64,000 bases of DNA from Carcharhinus amblyrhynchos (Eukaryota). The notes below the pieces were generated by a model. It saw only the letters and a program-made list of their open reading frames with translations. It searched no databases and was not told where the DNA came from. Position numbers and translations under genes: made by a program. The DNA is taken from assembly GCA_965287045.1 (NCBI GenBank), contig CBDIYR020000004.1:4588001-4652000 (forward strand), written 5' to 3'. The first letter of the stretch is position 1, and the number at the start of each line of letters is the position of its first letter. Positions 12,700-24,775 of the stretch are shown here, in pieces.

Positions 12700-13380
12700 T
12701 CTGTATTCCCATTAAACACTTCCAGGCCAGGTACTGCATGGATTTGATACAGAATAATGCTCCCTGTACACCTTCCCATTAAAAACTCCTAGGAGAGATA
12801 TGCCATTGGTTAGATATAGATTAAAGCTCCCTATGCACTGTCCCATCAAACATCCCAGGATAGTTAGAGCAAGGATTAGATATGGAAGGAAAGCTTCCTC
12901 TATTCTTCCTCACTGAAATCCAAGGGTAGGTACAGCATGGGTTAGATACAGATTAAAGCTCCCGATGCATTGTCCCATCAGACACAATGGGCATACATTA
13001 GATATAGAGGAATGCACCCTCTATGCTGTGCCATCAAACACTCCCAGGACAGGTACAGCACGGGGTTAAATATCGAATAAAGCTCCCTCTACATTGTCCC
13101 CATCAAACAATCCCCGGACAGATACAGCATGGGGTTAGATACAGAATAAAACTTGTCCAAATGTCCCATCGTACATGCCCAGAACAGGTACAGCAGAGAG
13201 TAGAGACAGCACAGGGTAGATACACTGTCTCTCTGCACTGTCCCCATTAAACATCCCCAGGACAGATACAGCATGGGGTTAGATTAAACTCTTACTACAC
13301 TATACTATCAAAATGCTTTCAAGTTAGGCATGGATTAAGTTAATTACAGACGAAAGCTCCCATTATACTTTTCCCAGCAC
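12700..13380 (+). repeat. ~67-bp tandem satellite-like array (~10 diverged units); shorter arrays at ~21175-21260, 33060-33230 (reverse), 44690-44860
   Basis: Unit approximately ctccctctacactgtccccatcaaacactcccaggacaggtacagcacggggttagatacagagtaaag. Confidence 0.85.
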
Positions 13381-14261
13381 AGTATTTTACCTGCAAAATG
13401 GCTACTTCATTCATTGTTTTAATTTGGCTCGTTAGCCATCCTCTGACAAAGAAAAGTCAGTTATTATTAATGATGTGGAGAGTGTGTCTCTAGACTGGTG
13501 CCGAATTGAAGCTGGAATGAAATTGTCCAAACTCATTTGATGTGTCAGGATTGTAGCCATGCTTCAACATGTTGTTAGAGCTAGCTTACAGCACCCTTAG
13601 ACGTTTGCTCTTGTACTCAAAGCAGAAAACTTCAGAAATAAACATGGACACCTGTGATGTGACTCTGTACTACCCAGTTTTGTACTGCTTCTTCAAACAT
13701 ACATTACACCGATTTTGAGCTGCCAGAAGTAGAAATCACTAAGAAATTCTTTGACATATTTGAATAACAATATGAAAAATATCAGTCTCAAATGGCACTA
13801 GACAGCACTAGCTCCTTCAATTAACATGATCTTGCCCAGCACTTCACAAAAATCCTCAGGTTAAAATTCACCCTTAAACTGGGGCAGAAAATTGACAATG
13901 GGGGCTGGACCACTCCTAATACAACGTGTCTAATTTATTTTTCGACTGACAGCCAGCCTGACCTGATCTGCGATCAGTTGAACTTCGGCTCCACTGGGTT
14001 GAAGGAACTGGTATGCTTGTAAAAATAATGTATAAAAGTGCTCATTATTTGATCAGTTCTTCAAAACGTTGTAAATTACAGCCATTAATGCTGAATGTAG
14101 AAACTCAGACAGGTTAGCGGAAACTGGATGCACTCTCAACATCTACACCCATTTAAATACCAGCAAACCATTTTGGACCAGCCATAGTATGAATGGGATA
14201 GTCATGACAAGACTTCTCCTTAACACCTGCACATCCCTAAACACAAACAAAATTACTTCAC

Positions 14262-14578
14262 TTAACCGCTTACTCCAATTCAGGGTTGCGAGGCAGAGTA
14301 TATCCTGACAGACGCTGGGCATTCGGCAGGGTACATTCAGGATGGGATGCCAGTCTATCACAGGGCGCACATTCACACAGACAAACTGGGGGACAACTTA
14401 CCATGTCCAATTCACCTAACTTGCACATCTTTGGACTGTGGGAGGAAACCGGAGCATCCTTTGAAAACCCACGCAGACATAGGGAGAATGTGCAAACTCC
14501 ATACAGACAAATACCCAAGCCAGAATTGAACCTGGGTCCCTGGAGCTGTGAGGCAGCAGTGCTAACCACTGCTCACGC
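14262..14578 (-). mobile_element. V-SINE with a different (L2-type) tail
   Basis: Same head and V-domain, but the tail reads ...gccctgtgatagactggcatcccatcc...accctgaattggagtaagcggttaag. Confidence 0.85.
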
Positions 14579-17500
14579 CCCCACCTCCCGTCCCCAAAAA
14601 CCCAACAGCCAATCAATTAGCTATCAAATCACAAAATGAAGAAAGCATCACTGATGCTGGTGTGTGTGGAACAGCAGCAAAACAGCAACCAGTCCTTTGA
14701 ACCAAATTGCTGTGTTAATAGGATACTTCAAAATCTACACTTACCTAAATACCAGCAAAGCACAAAGTCAATCATTTTGAATGAAAAAAAGAGTGAATAC
14801 ATAGACAGATGTTCAATTTTTCAACTTGCATCTATACTGAAAGACATTGCTTTTTTCAATAGGTTATGCTAGTTAGTTGATGTGAAATAGTTTTATTTTT
14901 CATCCGTAGAGGGAATTGTAAGTTGGCTGACAGGATATGGAACGGGACAGAAAAGATGAGTGTGATCTAGCTCAAAGTTGTCCATGATCTGAAATAATGC
15001 TTTGGTGGTACTGAACCTGAAAGAAAGGTAGGAATAGGATGACGGGATGAGGAGTAGGAAAAGTAATGAGCAAGTTTGGGATATTTCTGAACAATTTCTA
15101 CAAAAGTTGCACCCCTTCCTCAAAGCAGCTACAGTAATTTATACTGTTGCAGTTTTATCAGCCAAGCTGACTAATGTTTCATCTGTTTTCTCTAACTTTC
15201 TTTCATCTTCTGCTGTTGGTAGTCCTGACTTTTGGTGGGTGTGGTTTTCAAAGGAATCCTTCCCCCTACAAAAGCCTTGGTTGAGTGCAATCCTTTCATC
15301 AAAGGGCATCAACATAGAAGCATCATGGGGCTACCTGAGTAGGAACCCAGGGCTAATTTCTTCTTTCCACGGCACACTAAAACTAACTAGCATTCAGATC
15401 AGTACTTCAGCACAGACCAGGAATCATTCCTCAGGTTGGCCTGAGCCTGCTACTGTCCCAATAAAATTCTCGACCTTATGTTTAGATCCCTCTAGGGCCT
15501 TTTACCTACCTATCTTTGTAATATTGTTTAACTGATCAACTGTCAGAGACCTCAAACATCTCTGATTTGTAGTTCCCTTTTTGTTCCACTATCAGTGGCC
15601 TTACCTTCAACCAAACAGGTCCTAATATCAGGATTTCATCCCTAACTGTCTCTGCCTGTATCTCCTTCCTTTTCCTTTTCTGAAATATCTTCCTTGAAAC
15701 TAACTTTTTGACCAAGCTTTTAGTAACCCATTCTAATCTTGGTGTCACTCTGATCTGACTATGTTTTAGGACATTTGCCTACATTAAGTATGTTTTATAT
15801 GTATGCGCAAGATGTTGCTTATGTAACACCAGGCATCTCATGAACCAACAACCATTGGGAGCAGCTCAATAGGATCTGTGGCAAGTTAGAAAATCTCAGG
15901 ACTTTGCATTGACAGACATACTGAAGTACTTTGGAAGTTCAGTCTGCAGTAGTAAGAGCTGAAACACAGCGACTAATGAAAATTTTTTTGGGGGAAAAAC
16001 AAAGCACCACTTCAAACCACAAAGCAGGTACAAGAGAACCAGATCTTATCTGAATAGTCAAAAGAACTCAACTTCAAACATTCATTTTTTTTTAAAAGGT
16101 GACCCAACTTGGTATTATAGTTCCTGTCTCTCTCCTCCCTTCTTTCCGCCAAATCCAGGTCTCAGTTGTTCTCCCGTGTCACTCCTAAGTAAAGAATTAA
16201 CCTTGTTGTGCTTTCTAAACATCTGAAGGCTTGGCTCTTCACAGATTGAGAACTGCCTGTGATATTTTCGGGTGGAGCAAGTTCGGGATGGAATTTCCCT
16301 CTTTCCCCACCTTCTCCTATCCACACTACTCGCCTCCCCACCCTCCTCCTATCCAGACTTGTACATCTCCCCATCCCTGCCTATTTTCCTATTCCAATTT
16401 ACTCACTATTATCAAATTTGTGTCTGTTCTCAGTAGGTGCTCTTGCCCTAACCTTGCCTTTTATTGCCCTTCTGGAGCTATTTATCAGCATGTGAAGTAA
16501 TCTTAATCCTACTTTCAAATAGTTTAAACTGCTCAATATATTCAAGTAGTTGGGCGCCGTTGCTTGTGATTTGGCCGTACTCTGTTCAGTTGGTCATTTA
16601 TAATATCAAGTGGAAAGGGCTATCACCCAGTGCTGAGTCCGTGGACTTGTTTGAATTCTCTTCACCTTTGTACATGCAGGTTACTTCTCTTTGTTCCTGC
16701 ACAACTAAACTGCCATTGGATAATCTGCTATTGACAACTATCAGACATTGCCAGAGCACTGGAATCCATTTGGGGTACATTGCATTTGAAATCAGATTTT
16801 AGCAGAGAGAAATGAGCATATGGTGGCGGGTCTGGTTTGGTACCTAGTGGCAACTGTACCAACGTTTGGCCTACTCCAAAAAGGTCATTAGTGTAAACAG
16901 TGCGACAAACCTGAGTGTATGTTGGCAAAATCGCTGCACACCTTGTAGTAGTGAGCAGCCTCATGACCACTTAAAGAGTACATGCCCGCCCTTCATTCCC
17001 TTGTGCCAGCTAATACCCCACCCACCCAATTCACTTCAGAGGTGGGCAATCGCATAGAGGAATTAAACAAAAGAAAAACATGCATGTGAGGTTACCATTG
17101 GCCTCCTGGTTTTCCCACTTGTACATAACCAGGGCAGAACCCTGCCTAATTACTGTCAACTATTTCCCAGGTCAAACCTCATCTTCACAATCTCACAAGC
17201 TGCCTTTCCAAAACTGAGGACATTTAAGTGGGGGCCATCCCACTTCTGTCCTGGTCCCTCCCCACTGCACAAAAACATGCATGCCACTGAAAGTAGTGAA
17301 AATTTTTGCAATGGTGCCAGCCAATTTTCCCTGAACATTGCCAGCGCAGTTGCTCCCAGCCCATTTTAAGGGGTGGGTCGAATGCTGATTCTGAAAAAGA
17401 AAAAACATGGTATCTTAAGGAGGGATGGATAGTAGTAGGAACGTCCCTGCTGAATATTTATTAGAAACTGAAAGCTGTCCAATTATGACACGCATCATAG

Positions 17501-17660
17501 CAGGAGCCCCTTTGCTTATAGTTGGGGAGGCGGGGAGAAAATCTGCAGCAGTTTGTTCAGATGAGGTTTGACCGGAGCCGTCCTATCCCGACAAGACTGG
17601 TTTGCAGACGCTGCTCCCTCAGTGTCATTTGTTGATCTTTGAGGTGATGATTTTCTGTAC

Positions 17661-17748
17661 CTGAACGTCGATTATCCGCTGCTTGGCATCAATGGCCTCC
17701 TGCATGTTGGCGTGGTCTTTCCTCAACTCGTCTTCCACCACCATTAAC
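17661..17748 (-). CDS. SYNGAP1: SynGAP coding exon (exon 18 equivalent), coiled coil
   Basis: Read manually as (R)LMVVEDELRKDHANMQEAIDAKQRIIDVQ. Boundaries cccacag|G ... CAG|gtacag; 88 nt, phase 2 to 0. Confidence 0.93.
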
Positions 17749-18829
17749 CTGTGGGCAGAGGCAAAAGGCAACACAACTCAGCAATTGAGAGAAGGCTTGG
17801 GTGCTTGTGGAGGAGCCATTGACATTTACCCTCATTTTGTGTCCCTTCTTGTCAAATCACAAGTATATCCACAAAATCCCAGATTTTATAAGTTGCTGGT
17901 TAGGCCTCAGCTGAAGCCAATTCTAAGCTTCAGAATGCTGTGGTCTGAGAGAGAGTGCAGAAGTGATTCATTGGAACGGTATCAGAGACTTTTATTGTGT
18001 AGAGACCTAGACAAGGTCAAGCTGTTCTCCATATAGCATCAAAAGTTAAGGAGGGATTTAAGAAAGGTATTCATAATTGTGAAGTGTTTTGATAAGTTAG
18101 TAAGCAGAAACTATTTCTACTTTTCAGTAAGCAGAGGACATAGATTTAAGGTAAACTGGCAAAAGAGCTGGAGAGGTGCTGATGAGAATTTTTATGAAAT
18201 GAGTTTGCTATGATCTAAATACATTTTCCATAAGGAAAGCTGATACAATGGCTTTCAAAGGGAATTGGGTGTATATTTGAAACAAAGATAAAAGTGCTAT
18301 TGGGGGGTGGGGGTGTGGAGAGGGTGGAGGGCAGTAATTCCATTGGCATAATTCAGCTAGCTATGCTTTGCACCTTCTCTAAGGTCTTGGCAGCCCTCTG
18401 AAAGTGCTGTGTCCAGAATGAGAGACAGTACTACAGCTAAGGCCTCATAAGCTATTTGTAAAGTTTAAGGTCTTGATGCAGAGTAAAGGTCCATAATGCC
18501 AAGTTTGAAATAAACTTGAAATAGCCGAGATGACTGAATAGTTCGCAGTCAGGTCTCGGGTAAACTAAATGTAGAGTTCTAAACGATTGAAGACTAGAAA
18601 AATGAGACGACTGGTGAGAAGCTCTTGGTGCTGAGTTTCTGGGAAGAATAAGTTCAGAGTAGAAGACAGTGTAGTCAGCCCAGATCTCAACCATAAAGGT
18701 GCAAAGAGGAGGCATAATGAAGGACTGAATGGTCTACTCCTGTTCCTATATAATTACTTATATAACCAAATGGGCTTGTGTTCCGAAATGTATCTCAGCA
18801 TCTAACTCTTTACTAGTCTACAAGAGGTT

Positions 18830-19250
18830 AAGCAATGACTCAGTTAGTTGTACTTGCCTCAGGTTGTGAGTTCAAGACCTACTACAGAGACTTAAACAAA
18901 AAAAATGAAGGTTGCTGCTCCCTTCGTTGTTGGAGTGTCAGTTTAAAGTCTCACCCAAAAATCAAGACCTTTGTTGCCTTCCTAAGTGGAACTTAAAGAT
19001 TCCATGGCACTGTTTTAAAGATGAACAGGGAGCAGTTGTGCTTGGTCAATATTTATTCCTCAACCAGTATCATTAAAGTATAATCTGATCATACTGCTGT
19101 TGTGAGGAACTTGTGCACTAACTGATTTCCCCATTTCCTGCATTATAACAATGAATATGATATAATTCAAGTACTTAATTGATTGAGAAGCTACTGTAAA
19201 GTACTTTGGGACACCCTGAGGCAGCACAGAAATGCAAGTTTGTCTTTGTT
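18830..19250 (+). mobile_element. Ancient Deu-domain SINE (SacSINE1/AmnSINE-like); further copies ~19640-19890 -, 26355-26680 +, 28110-28540 -, 56130-56370 -, 63400-63480 -, 63740-63870 -
   Basis: Degenerate tRNA-like head, aaagat(c/t)ccatggcact core and tttgggac..cctgagg...aaatgcaagt tail recurring across the window. Confidence 0.65.
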
Positions 19251-20479
19251 AAACTCTACATTGTGCAGCCCAAAATTTATTTTTAGAATCTATTTGCAGT
19301 TACTTACAATTCAGAATTGTGAATGCCATCTGCCATTCAACTGCTTGAGTTGCTAAATATCTGTAGGCCTTGTTGAATGCTTTTCTTCCCTCACAACATC
19401 CTGTTTTCCCACGCAATTTGGCACAATCCACCAACATATGTTCTCCTTATATGATAGAATGGCTTTAAGAAGTGGTTTTGTAATACCCTAGGGCGCCTGG
19501 TTGCTGTGGTATCCAGCTCATTCCATATCATCAGAGCAACAGACAAATCATACTTGTGTGAAAGTCACATTACATATTATTATTTGTGGTTTGTAAAAAC
19601 CTGTAGAGGCTTAGTGATGTGCAAAAAAAAAATTAGCTCCACTCTTGGCCTAGGGGTACCTCAGAATGTTTTACTGCCAATTAAATACATTTGAAATATA
19701 GTCGCTGTTGTAATGTAGGAAACACAGCAGTTAATTTCCACACAGCAAAATTCCACAAACAGCAATCTGATAATGACCAGATAATCTGTTAGTTGTTGAT
19801 TGAGGAGTAAACATTAACTAGGATACAAGTAGGAAATTACCAGCTCCTCCTCACGATGTTGCCATACGATATTTTACTTCCACCTGAGAGTAGGGGTATC
19901 GTTGGTATAACTGCCGTCATGGTAGTTTGATGATTTGAATTCAATTTTTAAAAATTTGGAAATGAAAAGTTGGTATCAGTAAAAAAAAAGCTTTTGAAGC
20001 TGTTATATTGTTGTAAAACCTAACTAGTTCTCTTTAAGGAATGAAGCCCACTGTTCTTATCAGATCTACCCCATTTGTGACTCCAGCCCCACCTCTGAAT
20101 TGGCCATGTGAATTTTTTTTTTGAAAGTGAAAGAATGGCATAAAAAACTTATGTCCCAATTCCTGGACCTCTTCAAGCAACTCTTGGCTTCCAACAGGAA
20201 TCAATGCAATCTCCGTCAGGCATGGCAAGGTTGTTAACCGGGTTAACAGTGACATAAAGAATTGTTCTTGCATTTGTTTCCATGGCTTCAAAAGAATTTG
20301 TTGACTTGTATCAAGAATTGCTAGTTCTGAAAGTTCCTGACATCTGTTCCACAAATGGAGCCAGAGAGGCTAATGATTGATTACTGCCACAAACACAATC
20401 TGCCCTATGTTTCAGTGGCAAAATTCCATCATCCTCACACCCAACATTTAACTCAAGTAGAAGCAAAGTACTGTGGCTG

Positions 20480-21150
20480 CTGAAATCTGAAATAAACATT
20501 GAAAATGCAGGAAGCCCTCAGCAGGTCAGGCAGCATATTTGCAGAAAGAAACAGTTAATGGGGATGATTTTCCCAAAAAGTTTCAAAGTGTCACAGCAGC
20601 GTGAAAACGGGAGTCCTCCACGTTGGTCTTGTGCGCGAGCTTGGCACTGCAATTTTCCAGTGCTCTGTCACTTTCTTCAACGGCTGTGAAACCGCCTTCA
20701 TAATGCTCGGACATCATTGCACATGGCGCCCCGATCTCCTAGTGAACCAGGATACCTCCCATGATGCACTGCCCCTGGCACGTTTAGAGCACTGCCCGTC
20801 CACACCCCCAACCGCCCAGGAGCTTCCAAACTCCTCGGCGTGGCCATGGTTCCTGGTCCCCATTACTGCAAGGCAGTTATGATTCTCACTACCGTGATAT
20901 CTCGCCAGTGGGAAGCATATTCGGAATGGTGGAAGCAGCTGTGCTGAACTTAAGTAGATGTTAATGTAGTCAGTTCCTATGGGCAGGAACATAGCGTGTC
21001 AAGGCTCGTCACACTGATCAACCAGCACAGTGAACTGGTAAGATATTTCAGATTGATGATCTTTCATTAAGTTATCATCCTGAAACGTTAATTCCTTTTG
21101 TTCCACACATGCTGACAAGCCTGCTGAGTATTTTCAGCATTTTCTAATTT
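20480..21150. mobile_element. Penelope-like inverted termini (20480-20560 and 21045-21150) split by a CpG-rich ~480-bp insert
   Basis: aaatgcaggaagccctcagcaggtcaggcagcat pairs with atgctgacaagcctgctgagtattttcagcattt. The same terminus family occurs at 49474 and ~63885. Confidence 0.6.
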
Positions 21151-22879
21151 TTTTAATACTCAGGTTCAGATGTGGCATGAGTTAGACAAAGAGTAATTTA
21201 CCCTCTACACTGTCCCATCAAGCACCCAGGTACAGTGCAGGTTGGATACAAGCTTCCTCTGCACGATTTATGATGCTGAGACAGATTTAGGAGAAAATGT
21301 TTGTGCCAACAATGTGGTTAGATTAGAAATAAAACACAAATCCAATGTCAGAACCCATCTTGAGAATTAAAAGAAGCTTCTTGGTGGAAGATGTTGCATT
21401 CCCAGTAAATCCAGGCTGTGGTTCCAGCTTTACTCTGTAAGTCTAGAGTTAGCACAAAGTATGCGTACACTGTTTTGTGCATCATATCTGTTGTGTTTTT
21501 GACCTGGCATACTGACATCATCCAGACTACCGTGGAAGTGAATGTTGTGTTGCAAGCAGCCTTAAGTGTGATGAGAGCGTGGAACTTGCCATCACAGGGA
21601 GTGGTAGAGGTGAATAGTGTAGATCTGTTTAAGGGAAAGTTAGACGAGATGATGAAACTTGAGGGCTATGTTGATAGGGTTGGACGAGGAAGATCTGGAG
21701 AAAATTTGAGTGAAGCATAAATGCTTGAATTGGGCTGAATGGCTGTTTCTGTCCTGTATATTCAATGTAATGTCCCTTAGGAGGGTGTTGGGCAAAGACG
21801 GGATTGAACTCTGGCAGTGCCGCCTTTGGAGATTTTGGTAAGGATACACCATACCAACTTACTTACATCCTTGGGGTGTGGGTGTCACTGGCCATGCCAG
21901 TGTCCTAGATGACCTGAAGAAGGTGATGGTGTATCTCTTTATGTATCATTGCAGTTCATGTTGTACAGTCAAAGAGTTCTACATCACAGAAGGAGGTCCT
22001 TTGGCCCATCATGTCTGTGCCAGCCATCAAGCACCTATCTATTCTAATCACATTTTCTAGTACTTGGTGCGTAGTCTAATTTGCTTTGGCATTTTTGATG
22101 CTCATCGAAATGCTTCTTAAATTCTGCTTTCACGTCTGCCATCTTTTCAGATTCCCACTACCCTCTGGGTGAAAAAGTTTTTCCTTAACTTCCTTCTAAA
22201 TCTCCTGCCCCGACCTTAAATCTATACTCCCTAGTTATTGAACTCTGTATTGAGGGAAAAGTTTCTTTCTATTCACCCGATCTAAGTCCCTCATTATTTG
22301 GAAGCAAAGGTGCTCCAGGAAGCAAGTTTATTTTTTGTATGTGGTCAGTCCATTGCAGTGTCTTGCTAGGCCACTTTGGAAGCAGTTAAATTTCAAACAT
22401 ACTAGAGTCACATATGGTTCAGATTGGGTAAGAACTGTAAGTTAATCAATATTAGTGAACCAGTTAAACTTTTTAAACCAACTTTTTATTTGTAGATTGC
22501 TTTAAACTAATTTCACAGTAGAGGAAATTTGAACATATGTTCTCTGGATTATACGTCCAGCAATAAAACTATTACACACCATATCTGGCCTGTATAGAGT
22601 GCTGTGGGATCTGCACCCATCCAGACAACTGGGGAGTATTCCATTACACTGTAGGCAACGAGCAGGCTTTGGGAAATCAGACGGTGAGCCACTCATCACA
22701 ATGACCTGCTCTATTAGCCACAGCATTTATGTAGCTACTTCAGTTGAGTTGCTGGTCACTGCTAATAATCCTTGGATGTTGGTTAGTGAGGGGATTTGGC
22801 AATATTAATGCCATTAAGTGATACTGGACTTGAAGATTTCCTAACCAGAAAATTACTGAGTTGGCTGTTTGCTGTTTAC

Positions 22880-23097
22880 CTGTTGATAATGCCTTTGATC
22901 TGGTTGTCCTTCTCCTCCTGCTGCCGGCGCAGACGGGTCTCACTTTCATCCAGGCGTGTCTGGTATTCTCGAAGGATCTTCCCTGTTTGTTCCTCCTGTG
23001 ACATCAGCCGCCGCTCATACTCCTCCAGCTTGCGGTTAGACATCTGCAGCCGTTCCTTCAGGGAAAGAATCTCCTCCTCATACTGGGTCTGTTGCCC
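22880..23097 (-). CDS. SYNGAP1: SynGAP coding exon (exon 17 equivalent), coiled coil
   Basis: [72 protein letters not shown](R). Boundaries tttccgcag|GGG ... AG|gtaaac. The 5' boundary is ambiguous among three in-frame CAGs. Confidence 0.93.
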
Positions 23098-24111
23098 CTG
23101 CGGAAATGGATCACAGGGGGAATAAATGACACACAACTTGTCACAGAATGACATGGCGGGGGGTGTTGGTGCTAATGTTGGCACTCACCTTACTAGCATT
23201 TGTGATGTGCAAACTGATTTTTTAGGCAGGGAGCTTCCAAGAGCTGCAACTTTCATGGTTTGGCTGTGATCGTTTCTCAGGTGAGTTGGCAGGCTGCACC
23301 ATGGCAGCACAGCCCAAGTCTGAATGTGGTTGCTGGGTTCCCCATCACCCACTGTGACATCTCTTTTATGAGTTGCCATCCATGTCGGAAGGCTGAAGTA
23401 ATTGACAAGACATGCAGAACTCTTTTGTTCAGCCATATAAAAATGTTTCCCTTGTAAAATCTGACAAGCATAACAGGTCTGGGAGTAGCTTGGCCTAGAA
23501 ATCAGCTGATGTCGCCCTTTTTTATTCCTGTGTTAGAGTAAATAATCCAATATGGATGTAGATATAAAAATAGGCATGTGTTAAAACATAACTGAATATT
23601 GAGTCAGCAGGTGCAAGAATGTTCCTCCTGACCCCACACTAATGCTTTGGCCACATTGATCACTGCTCTCTCTGATCACTTCTGGTTTGCCCCCTCCCTC
23701 CCCAATTCATTTAGTTGCCTCCTGCTCGCTATCACCCATAGCCTCCCTCAATTTATTTTCATTTGTTTCACTTTCCTGTTCTTCCCTTCCTGATCCCTTC
23801 CTTCTCCATTGTTCCCATGGATAATCTTGTCCCGTCAGTTGCTTCCCTCATCCGATCACCCGCTTTGCCATTGCTCTCCTTGTCCAGTCTCTCCCCTCTC
23901 GATCTCCTCCTTGTTAATTGTCAACTTCTCCCTTTGCTTCTTGTATGACTTGCCTAACCTATTGGCGACATAGTGACCCCAAATTCAAGTTGTGAACACC
24001 CAGCTCATTGGTCTGATGTTCATGGTGGGCCTCAGGAAATTCATGATGGCCTGACAATTAATAGGTCTCCCCAACATTCTAACTTCCCAAAACACAAAAT
24101 TTCCTTGCCAA

Positions 24112-24585
24112 AGAGAGAGGGTGCAGAGGAGGTTTACCAGGATGTTGGCTGGTATGGAGGGGAGGTCCTATGAGGAGAGACTGAGGGATTTGAGGTTGTT
24201 TTCGTTAGAAAGAAGGCGGCTACGAGGGGACCTTATTGAAACATATAAGATGATTAGAGGTTTAGATAGGGTGGACAGTGATAGCCTTTTTCCTCGGATG
24301 GAGAAAGCTAGCACGAGGGGGTATAGCTTTAAATTAAGGGGTGGTAGTTATAGGACGGATGTCAGGGGTAGGTTCTTTACCCGGAGGGTGGTGAGGGATT
24401 GGAATGCCCTGCCTGCTGCAGTTGTAAATGCGCCTAGTTTGGGGGCGTTTAAGAGATCCGTGGATAGGTTTATGGATGGCAAGGGTTTGGTTTAGGTTAG
24501 AGGGTCATTGTTTTTTAACTGGTCGGCGCAACATCGTGGGCCGAAGGGCCTGTTCTGCGCTGTAATGTTCTATGTTCTATGTTCT
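24112..24585 (+). mobile_element. Young CR1 LINE 3' fragment
   Basis: Uninterrupted 124-aa ORF2 end (QRRFTRML...YEERL..LFSLERRRLRGDLIETYK); (TTCTATG)n tail ends ~20 nt from the exon-16 donor. Confidence 0.93.
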
Positions 24586-24604
24586 AATACAGACCCATTT
24601 TCAC

Positions 24605-24775
24605 CTTGTCAAGCCTGCTCTCATCCATTGACTTGGAGTATTCCCTTAGTTTGTACTCTTCCCGTTCCAGGTGCGAGCTTTCGATGTCTGCAGAAAGATG
24701 AGTCATGTTGGTCACCCACGCCACAGTGCGCTCTGAAGGGGTGACAGGGTGAAGAGTCGAGGGTGAATGGGAGGC
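24605..24775 (-). CDS. SYNGAP1: SynGAP coding exon (exon 16 equivalent)
   Basis: [57 protein letters not shown]. Boundaries ccctcag|GCC ... AAG|gtgaaa; 171 nt, phase 0 to 0. Confidence 0.95.

Noticed and set aside
12700-13380. Repeat array superficially like a CRISPR
   Set aside because: Contiguous diverged tandem units without unique spacers, in a vertebrate context with no cas genes.
13391-13442. Exon-like unit (ctttgtcag|...GCAG|gtaaaa), and a similar one at 7717-7769
   Set aside because: No homology support; one has an early stop and the other a weak acceptor, so neither can be told apart from a pseudo-exon.
15047-15535. 162-aa plus-strand ORF (and the 163-aa ORF at 24817-25308)
   Set aside because: No recognisable motifs; composition and repeat overlap are consistent with chance ORFs in intronic DNA.
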